Assembly: GCF_009914755.1 (NCBI RefSeq)
Contig: NC_060934.1
Reading direction: 5' to 3' (one strand)
DNA length: 64,000 nt
From: the human T2T-CHM13v2.0 reference genome, Homo sapiens
How positions within the stretch are numbered: position 1 is the first letter of the stretch; every line of letters starts with the position of its first letter. The notes under the pieces were generated by a model. That model had not been told where the DNA came from. It did no database searches and saw only the letters and a list, made by a program, of their open reading frames with translations. Shown here piece after piece: positions 30,528 to 39,294 of the stretch. Made by a program: the position numbers and the translations under genes.

Positions 30528-31288
30528 TTCTGCATGAAACAATGCAGAGATTTGACTAAAGACTAACATTTAATAATTTTCAGTTACAGCCCTTCAGTGA
30601 AAGCTTTGAGATAAAGCAACTAGAATCTCAAAATGATCGAGCCAACTCTGTGAATTAGTATTAAGCATAACTATCACATATGTAAACGCGAGTTATCCTC
30701 TCCAATATAGGGGAGGCATATAGGAAACATGGGAAAGTAGCAGTATGAACAAGAGTAAAACAGGTAGTAGAAAACAACAGCATAGGGATGAAAACCTTGC
30801 AAACAAAGAATTACTAATTTAAAGTGTAAAAATTTTGCAAAGGGAAGATAACTCAATTTCTACATTTTCAGCTCTTTGTATTAAACATTTTTTCATCTGT
30901 AACTAGATATTGGTTTTTCTTCTCCATAGTAAGATCACCTGATATTTGATAATTTATGCTTTTATTACTACTTGTTTTATGATACCAACATTTATGTTCA
31001 CATCCTCAAGGCTTTATTTTCAAGAAAAAATAAAGTCGTAGTAGCACAATGTGATAAGCTCCATCTTCCAACCAATTTTTAATTGTCTCATTGGTATGTA
31101 TATTAGGACTAAATGGCTGTATTCCATGCAAAAAGTAAAATGAGCAGTAAGTCAAGTGAGTATTCAGGCTATATAAAAACTTCTACCTACCTGGGCCTTG
31201 ATTATTCCTGGTAAGATGATTAATGATAGAAAAGTAGATTATGAAATAAGAAAACTAAAAGGCATGTTAAATGCTCTTTAAAGGTTTT

Positions 31289-32154
31289 TAACTCCTGTCT
31301 GGTGGAGCAAATGGACACCATCTGTATAAGAAAGCCAGATACCAAGAAACTGAGAGTTTTACTTAGTGAAACCTTCCACTACTTATGAAAAGTCAAATAT
31401 CATGTATAACTCATCCAGATCAACTAGTCCCTAGACACTGATTTTTGGGAAGGATGTAAGAGAATTACTGACTCAGATTTAGGGTTTAAAGACTATTGAG
31501 AAATAGGAAGGTATTGAGAGATTATTGGGTTTCATCAGAGCAGACTTAAGTAGCCTGGTTGATTTTAGATTTGTCACAGCAAAATCATGCTTGGATGCTC
31601 GAGGCCTGGCAGAACCTTGCTGGTCTCTGTAGGGTGGGATAAGTGAAGCAACATTAAACCAGGTGCAGTCCTTAATTTCTCAGGTAACATAACTTTAGAA
31701 AAAACAATTCTAATACAAGTTAACTCCTGTCTGGTTGAGCAAATGGACACCATCTGTATACAAACGTCAGATACCAAGAAACTCAGATCTTTACTTAGTG
31801 AAACCTTCCACTACTTATGAAAAGTCAAATACCATTTATAACTCATCTAGATCAACCAGTCCCTAGACACTGATTTTTGGGAAGGATTTTTAGAGAATTA
31901 CTGACTCAGATTTAGGGCTTAAAGACTATTGAGAAATAGGAAGGTATTGAGAGACTGGGTTTCATCAGAGCGGACTTAAGTAACCTGGTTGATCTTAGAA
32001 TTGTCACAGCAAAATCATCATGCTCAGATGCTTGGGGCCTGGCAGAACCTTGCTGGTCTCTGAAGGATGGGATAAATGAAGCAACAGTAAATCAGGTGCA
32101 CTCCTTGATTTTTCAGGTAACATAACTTTAGAAAAAAACAATTCTAATACAAGT
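31289..32154. repeat. Direct tandem duplication, ~432-bp unit (copy 1 31289-31720, copy 2 31721-32154), about 90% identical
   Basis: Both copies begin TAACTCCTGTCTGG and end ACAATTCTAATACAAGT and align throughout; I count roughly 35-40 differences by eye. Confidence 0.97.
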
Positions 32155-32252
32155 GTAACCTTATCCTGTTAACTCTGTTTCAAAAATAATTCTAAAACAC
32201 TAAGACAATGCTTATCCTATTGCCTCCAAAATAGGATTTTGTATTTTAAATG

Positions 32253-32306
32253 GTTTACCAAAAAATGTATCTTATACTTTTGGGTAAACTTTTATTTTGT
32301 TATACA
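32253..32306 (-). terminator. Candidate proximal polyadenylation site of CSTF2T
   Basis: Minus strand TGTA (CFIm motif) just upstream of AATAAA (32296-32291), then GATACA^TTTTTTGG about 25 nt downstream. Confidence 0.5.
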
Positions 32307-32717
32307 ACCAAAAATCTTAAAACTATCTTAGTACATTAACGTTTTAACAGGTCAACTTTTAGTCTTTATGAGCAGTTTTCACGAAGTTTTACTCGACATT
32401 TAAAAAATGTAGTTAACATACTGTAGATGCTTCAATATTGCTGCTTATTCTTTGTAATCTTATTTGGCATAATATAATCATGTTCAGAGTTATTTTAAAG
32501 TAACTTAAAGTGAACAGACGCACTCCCTCCTCCCCCCACCCTCAATTAAAAAAAAAAGGAAAACAGAAAGAAAGAAAAAGAACAAAAAATAAGATTAGGT
32601 TCTAGGAGGAGGGAAACCCTAATCCAAGTGTGGGGATACAGAAGTCAGCTTTTTGCACCCATTCTCCATGCTACAGAATAAAATTTGAGACTACAGCCAA
32701 ATATTTTCTAAAACCTT

Positions 32718-34568
32718 TCAAGACGCTCCAGTGGATTTCTGGATTTGTTCCTTTAAAATCAGGATACTCTGCCTTTGCTCAGGGGGCAGCATGGCAATCT
32801 GATCTGCAGTCAGTTGAAGAACCTGCATGATCAAAGCTGCCTTCTCCTGATCCTGTGGAGTGACCTGGCTCTGCCCAGGACTAAAACTGCTAGGCTGGCT
32901 TCCACCTTGCTTGCTTGCCCCCTGTATACCTCCTCCTTGTATACCTCCTCCTTGTATACTGACTCCTTGTATGCCTGCCCCCTGCATCCCTCCTCCTTGT
33001 ATGCCTGCTCCCTGCATGCCTGTTCCTTGTATGCCTGTACCCTGCATACCAGCTCCAGGATTCCCCACCCCTGAAATGCCTGGGACCTGTCTGGGTCCCT
33101 GAGGAGGGCCACCTGCCCCTATATTAATGGGACCAGGACCCTGAATTCCACCAGTCATAGGGCCTCTTGAACTGGGGACAGGGCCCCTCATCTCCAATCC
33201 TCTTGCATCCATGCCCCTTGCTTCCATCCCTCTGGTTTCCATCGCACAGGTCTCCATTCCTCTCCTCTCCATTACACGTGTCTCTAAGACCTCAGTTTCC
33301 ATGGCACGAGTCTCCATCGCTCGAGAATCTCTACCACCTCTACCATCCATAGGTAGACCCCTTTGATCTATCATGGGGCCTCTGGGCTCTCCAATTAGCA
33401 GTCTGGGATCTCCTAATGGCCCTCCCCTCATCTCATGTGAGGAAGGGCCACGAGTGTCATGACCAGAGGCATGATGCATGGGGGGACCCTGATGGGGTGG
33501 ACCCAGATAACCTCTGGGCTCCACTTCTCCAGTGACTGAAAGCAAAGTCCCTCCACGTGGGTCATTTGGAGCATCTCCTAACAGTCCTCGAGGAGGCAGA
33601 CCACCAGGAGTCACGGGTCCGCGAGGTATAGGAGCTCTAGGATCTGACATCTGCACTTGTCCCCGCTCTAAAGGCACTGGGCCAACCCCTGGCATTCCAA
33701 GTTGGGGCTGCATTGCTCCTCCAGGAGTTAAGGAACCAGGACCAGCTCCGGGAACTGCAGCTGGTATTGGCCCTGGAGCTGGAATTCCACCCTGGATAGG
33801 AGTCTGCATCAGAGGAGGAATGTCCTTCACAGGTCTTCTAGCCAAATGCTGAGGCTGAGGAGCTGGAGGATTCTGCTGGTTCAGCAGAACATTAGGTCCT
33901 GGGCAGAGCCCAGGGCCAGGGCCAGGGCCAGGGCCAGAGACAGACACAGACTGAGATTTGCCTGGGATCAGTGGTGTGACATGTATCTTCCGATGCAGAA
34001 TTTTCAGAGCAATCTCTGGATCCATGATTCTCATCACTACTTGTGCCTGCAACAGTGCATAAGCCAGTTGTGGATTTTGAAGTAACATGTTTCGAGCTTC
34101 CTGGTGGCTGTTTTGGACACAGAGCTTCATCTGCTTCATCAGCTCAAACATCTGCTCCGGGGGGAGACTGGCTACTGCTCTGGTAATCGATTCAGGGGCA
34201 TCTTCTGGATCGATGGGATCCCCATAGGGTGAGTCAATAATGGGCGCTGCAGGCCCAAGGCTCTTTAACTCCTCCTTATTCTTTTCACTGGCAGCATTGT
34301 CCACCCGAAGCGCTCTCCCACTGAACTCCCGCCCATTGAGGTTCCGCATGGCACTAAGCGCGGTCTCCTGGTCTTGGTATTCGCAGAAGCCATAGCCCTT
34401 GGGTTTTCCCGTCTCTCTATCGTATACCAGCCGGAAACTGACAACAGAACCAACCTCCGAGAAAATGTCCTTTAACTGCTCCTCAGTTGCCTCATATGGA
34501 ATGTTCCCCACGAACACGGAACGCAGTGATCGATCCATTGCCGGGTCTCTCACCGCCAAACTCGACAT
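32718..34568 (-). CDS. CSTF2T: Cleavage stimulation factor subunit 2, tau variant (tau-CstF-64); intronless retrogene, 616 aa
   Basis: The track ORF 32718..34646 opens at a TTG; the first ATG is 26 codons in (CAT at 34566-34568) and gives MSSLAVRDPAMDRSLRSVFVGNIPYE...QKSTGAS-TGA, 616 aa. It has an RRM (RNP2 VFVGNI, RNP1 KGYGFCEY), hinge, Pro/Gly-rich region, degenerate MEARA-type repeats and the CstF-64 C-terminal domain (QEKAALIMQVLQLTADQIAMLPPEQRQSI). No introns. Confidence 0.99.
   Translation of the reverse strand: MSSLAVRDPAMDRSLRSVFVGNIPYEATEEQLKDIFSEVGSVVSFRLVYDRETGKPKGYGFCEYQDQETALSAMRNLNGREFSGRALRVDNAASEKNKEELKSLGPAAPIIDSPYGDPIDPEDAPESITRAVASLPPEQMFELMKQMKLCVQNSHQEARNMLLQNPQLAYALLQAQVVMRIMDPEIALKILHRKIHVTPLIPGKSQSVSVSGPGPGPGPGLCPGPNVLLNQQNPPAPQPQHLARRPVKDIPPLMQTPIQGGIPAPGPIPAAVPGAGPGSLTPGGAMQPQLGMPGVGPVPLERGQVQMSDPRAPIPRGPVTPGGLPPRGLLGDAPNDPRGGTLLSVTGEVEPRGYLGPPHQGPPMHHASGHDTRGPSSHEMRGGPLGDPRLLIGEPRGPMIDQRGLPMDGRGGRDSRAMETRAMETEVLETRVMERRGMETCAMETRGMEARGMDARGLEMRGPVPSSRGPMTGGIQGPGPINIGAGGPPQGPRQVPGISGVGNPGAGMQGTGIQGTGMQGAGIQGGGMQGAGIQGVSIQGGGIQGGGIQGASKQGGSQPSSFSPGQSQVTPQDQEKAALIMQVLQLTADQIAMLPPEQRQSILILKEQIQKSTGAS
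32923..33057 (-). repeat. Coding 15-bp tandem repeat, 9 units, encoding G-x-G-(I/M)-Q pentapeptides
   Basis: Plus-strand units such as TGTATACCTCCTCCT and TGCATGCCTGTTCCT; protein GAGMQ GTGIQ GTGMQ GAGIQ GGGMQ GAGIQ GVSIQ GGGIQ GGGIQ. Confidence 0.95.
33183..33317 (-). repeat. Coding 15-bp repeat, 9 degenerate MEAR(A/G)-type pentapeptides
   Basis: METRA METEV LETRV MERRG METCA METRG MEARG MDARG LEMRG, the known CstF-64 MEARA/G repeat region in degenerate form. Confidence 0.93.
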
Positions 34569-35350
34569 GATTCCGGTTGTGCAGACAGCCGATAGCGGAT
34601 TCTTCGAGGCGTCTGTCCTCTTGCGACCGACACTTCCGCTGAGCAACGGAAGCGGCTTTCAAGATCCGGGCAGAAACTTTACTAATTCGCTTGAATCGTT
34701 CCGCTTGCCTGTGGAACCTGCATCCCACTAACAACTTATCTAATGCTTTCAGTCCCTGATCCTTCATGGTTCTGTCAGCTTCTTATTACAGAGTCGCATG
34801 ATTCCTTTCCCATTTCACGTTCCGCTGACTTTCTGTGGGGCCCCAACAGCCCCACTACGACACGCTTGGTACGAGATGACCACAGTAAAGATGGCCGCAT
34901 AGACTTCACCGTAGTAACTGGGAGGGGACTCTTCCCTTGACGTCAAAGGCGGTTTTGCTTCCGTTCCGCTGGCGGGAAACCGCCAACCGAAAGCGGATTT
35001 AAGGCGGCGTGTTTTTCGTTCTGACAAAGTATTTTCATGTGGCCTTTTATTATAGTATAGTTAAGCTAGATTTAAAATCACATTCCAGACTGAGGGAAAA
35101 GCGTAGTCGTTTCAGCACATTTGAGATTTGCCCCTTAAACTAAAACAGTATTATATCTCCTTTTTAGAACAACGTTTTTGGAAATTAACTGACAAGAAAT
35201 ATAAACTGAAGCGTGTGCCGGCTGGGCCCTGCCCCCATTCTGTTGCTTCCTATAACCGCTGTTAATGGATGGGTGGCAGACCCTTCTAGGTTTTTCCTGA
35301 GCACACGGGCAGCCGTCGTGCTATTCCTAATATTACGGTTTTCTTCCTTA
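34170..35350. promoter_or_regulatory. CpG-island promoter of CSTF2T, probably bidirectional
   Basis: Dense CpGs against a CpG-poor background. Motifs: ETS/GABP-like ACTTCCG (~34632) and CGGAAG (~34647), MYB-like CAACGG (34644-34649), YY1 AAGATGGCCGC (34888-34898), perfect CRE TGACGTCA (34938-34945), E2F TGGCGGGAAA (34970-34979). No TATA box seen. Confidence 0.85.
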
Positions 35351-36857
35351 ATAACAACCGATTTCAATATTAATTGGTGATTAAATAAATTAGTGATTAA
35401 TTAGTTATTAGTATTTTATGGCTTCAGAGTATGGAATAAAGAAATTTACTTAACTATCCCTACGTTGATTGGTTCTGATTTTTATTATATCATGCAGTGA
35501 GTCCACCACTTCCATGAAGGGAGAAACAAATAGCGGGTGTTTGTCTTCTGCTGTTAGCTTTGCAGGTAGGAGTTAAAACATATTCAGTGTGGTGTTTCCC
35601 CGCCTGCAATTCGAAGCTAGAACTGAAGCTTGGAGAGGGCTAGGTAAATTCCCAAGGACAAGCAGCTGGAAAGAGGCCAAGTCAGGATTCTAACCCAGCT
35701 TGGTCTCGCATAGCTCCAATTCTACACTGCCTTACGTGTATTGAATATATGAAATGAAGCTAGTGTGATTGAAGAAATGAATTTTAAATCTCATTTTTTA
35801 TTTAAATATAAAAACTAATGTTCAGTAAGCTATTGGAAAACTTTTTTAGTATTTAGAACAACTTGGATATAGAATCTACTTTTGCAATAATAAATTGTGT
35901 TCTAAATAAAAATCATTTTGAAGAACACTAAGACAAAAAATAAAAACAAATAAAAAGAAAGTATTTCCAGTCAAAATTTAACATACTGGTTGAGGTGTGC
36001 CATACATGTAACATACATGAAAGATTTTAATGATCAAATACAAAAAAAGTAAAAATAGCCCATCAATTTTATATTTTTTATAAGTCGAAATGTAATATTT
36101 TTATATATTTGAGTAAAAAATTATTTTGAAGTTAATGTTATTCATTTCATTTTACTTTTTTAAATGTGGCTATTAGAAAATTTAAAATTATATGGATAGA
36201 TTGCATTATACTTCTGTGGACTGGACTGCTCCAAGCCTGTGCTTTAATTCCAAAACAGAGAATTATTTTATTCTGAAATATGCCTCTTAAGTGGATTATG
36301 AAACTTTTAAATTTCAGCAAAAAAATTGTATTATGTATCTTCAGTATCCTATTCCAATGAATAGATTTGACATGAGTATGATGGTTTAGCTGCAAATAAG
36401 ACATCCATTTACCTTCAAGTTTTTGAAACAGTTCTGCACTTAGCTGTTCACCCAAGATGCGCGACAGTTTATATTTGCAAGTGACAAGGTTCATTTACAT
36501 CACCTAATAAGATTTTCCTGCTATGTCAAAGAAACGGAATAGTCACCTGCTAGCAATGTTTCCCCAGTGTGATTCTTTTATTGGGGACGAAAGGGGAGGG
36601 GTTAAGGATAGTATCATTTAAAAAAACTAAAGACAAATCTATTTTTCTTCCTTCTATACCATCACTTTACAAAGAGAAGGCATACCTTTTTTATACACAT
36701 TCTGTCAAGGGTAACTTACAAGTTGAATATGTGTGTAATTGTGTGTGTATTAAATGTAGTAATCATGAAGATGGTAATGGGGTATTATAATATGTTGCAA
36801 AATTCGTAGAAGATTGCACATCTTGACAGAGTTTCTTTACTGCTGATACTGTCTAAA

Positions 36858-37010
36858 CCAGTGGTCTTCACATGTAGCAGAACCACCTTGAGCCATGGCT
36901 TGTTAAGTCAGATTCTGCTTTATCAGGTCTGGAGAATTTGCATTTCTAATAAGCTCTCAGGTGATGCTGATGCTGCTGGTTTGGAGATCTTTAAGAATCA
37001 TTGGTCCTAG
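36858..37010. mobile_element. MER5A
   Basis: ccagtggtcttcac...ttgcatttctaataagctctcaggtgatgctgatgctgctggt. Confidence 0.8.
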
Positions 37011-37719
37011 GGATTGGTAGTAGATTTTCTCATTTACATCAGACCAAACTAAATTTGGTACACTCTATTAAAAGGTTTGAGGTAAAGGTTTTTAAAACAT
37101 TATGAATTTACTATTAATATACTATTCTAGTACATGCTGATCTGCTACTGAAGATACCCTGGACATGAAGACTGGGTGAACAGAGAGTAGCTGAAGGACT
37201 ATGGGACAAACAAGAAGGGGGAAGTTATGACTGTAGAGTGTGCTTTAGTCACAGGCTTTCCATGTTCTCTTTAGTCCCACTGTTCCAAACTAGAAGAATG
37301 GTTTGTCATGCCCCCGTTCATACAGGACCAGTGTGACCCACCATGTAATTCCATGCCCAGAACACATGAACTAATACTTATTGTTAACTCAATGTCCCCA
37401 AATCAAGAGCTCAGATAAACCTATGTATATTTCCTGGTACCAGTACATATTTTTTTATAGATCTAACTTGGAAGAACATCCATTTTTATACTGCTTTTTT
37501 ATTCCCATAAAGTTTAAATTTTAGATATTTATAGCATGGCATACACTCTGAAGAAAAGTGTACATGGTATAGTGTATGTCCAGACGTTGATTCTTTCAAC
37601 AGATTGATACCAGATATATTAAGACTGATTTCAAACACACAAGAGCATCTATGGCCAAATGGAAACTGTCCTTTAATCACTTTCAGAAACTACAAACTTA
37701 ATCCATTGTTCAAAATGAA

Positions 37720-38013
37720 TTTTTTTTTTTTTGACACAGGATTTCACTCCTGTCAGCCAGGCTGGAGTGCGATGGCGTGATCTTGGTTCACTGCAACCTC
37801 TGCCTCCTGAGCTCAAGCAATTCTCCTGCCTTAGCCTCCCGAGTAAAGACTACAGGCGTGTGCCACTACTCATGGCTAATTTTTTGTGCGTTTTGTAGAG
37901 ACGGGGTTTCACCGTGTTGGCCAGGCTGGTCTTGAACTCCTGAGCTCAAGCGATCTGCTTGCCTCAGTCTCCCAAAGAGTTGGCATTACAGGCATGAGCC
38001 ATTGCACCTGGCC
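37720..38013 (-). mobile_element. Alu (AluJb/S-type)
   Basis: Full dimer. Confidence 0.93.
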
Positions 38014-38689
38014 TCAGACTGATTTTTGAACTTCTACCCTGAAATTGCTTTGGGCCTTCATTTATAAGTCATACTAGAAAATCGGTACATTAACTGAAAA
38101 GTATACTTTATTTTTAACAAAGAACAGGATTATGCAACAAAATCACCCAACTTCCTGACCAGATTTGGCAAAAATATCATGCTTAGCTAATTCCAAATAT
38201 CAAACCTTACATCAGAATACAAAAATTCTATACACTTTGAAGGAATTTTTTAAAAAAAGATTCACTATAGAGTGTAAGGAAAAAAGAAAAGATTCACTAT
38301 TGATTCAGTAGACAAATTCCAAAGACAAGAACTACAAATATTTTGAGTAATGACAGTCATTTTTGAAATAAGTGTACGGGTCCTTCAAGGAATAGCTCAA
38401 ATAAACTACTCCACAAAGCTTTCTATGACCTTTCTACCCTTTCCCCTAGGTTAGAAGTAATTTTGTTTTTCTTTGGATATAAACCTTGATATACCTTGTA
38501 CCTTTCTGATTATAGTAACTCCTTTACCTTTCAGCAAAATTGTGATTTTCCTTCTAAACTGTAAAATCATTATATATCCCCCTTTATCAGTTAACTAAGT
38601 GCCTCAAATTTATTATTTCATTCCATCAATATTTATTTCAAGCACTGACAATACAGCAGTGAAAACAATAGTCTGCCAGAAAAGAAGGT

Positions 38690-38852
38690 CTGTAAATGTG
38701 GTCCTTGGTTCAGTGGCATCAGCATCACCAGGAAACATCTTAGAAATTAAAAGTTTGGGGCCCTACTCCAAATCTATTGCATCAGAAACAGAGAAATCTT
38801 TGAACAAGTTTTCCAGGTAATTCTAATGCAAGCTCAATTTTGAGAACCACTA
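38690..38852. mobile_element. MER5A
   Basis: gcatcagcatcaccaggaaac...ttaacaag-like...tttgagaaccact. Confidence 0.75.
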
Positions 38853-38875
38853 CATTATAAGATTGCAATCATAGT

Positions 38876-39213
<338 letters not shown>

Positions 39214-39239
39214 AAGAATGCAATTATAGTATAGTAGCT

Positions 39240-39294
39240 GATAGATGATAGATAGACAGACAGACAGACAGATAGATAGATAGATAGATAGATA
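39240..39294. repeat. Compound (GATA)n/(GACA)n STR
   Basis: gatagatgatagatagacagacagacagacagatagatagatagatagata. Confidence 0.92.

Larger units (their letters stand above)
30503..32717 (-). other. CSTF2T: CSTF2T 3' UTR (long form, ~2.2 kb)
   Basis: Sequence free of interspersed repeats, running from the stop codon to the distal AATAAA (30527-30522) and a CA about 19 nt downstream. This gives a ~4.1 kb mRNA, matching my recollection of the transcript size. Confidence 0.75.

Noticed and set aside
32547-32590. A-rich tract as the retrogene's poly(A) remnant
   Set aside because: It is on the wrong strand (U-rich in the mRNA). I found no poly(A) remnant or TSD for this ancient retrocopy.
32860-33102. 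Plus-strand ORF with Cys/Pro pentapeptides (PCIPP PCMPA PCMPV), superficially like SPRR or keratin-associated proteins
   Set aside because: It is the antisense reading of the G-x-G-(I/M)-Q repeat, starts at a non-ATG codon, and has no independent promoter or poly(A) evidence.
31289-33317. CRISPR-like array or prokaryotic system suggested by the repeats
   Set aside because: The repeats are contiguous with no unique spacers, there are no cas-like ORFs, and the context is clearly primate DNA.
34569-34646. 26-codon N-terminal extension of CSTF2T in the ORF track (642 aa)
   Set aside because: It starts at TTG, at or upstream of the probable TSS. The first ATG gives the 616-aa protein whose N-terminus matches CstF-64.
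33167-34767. Other overlapping or antisense ORFs within CSTF2T
   Set aside because: Expected shadow ORFs of a GC-rich coding region; no recognisable domains.
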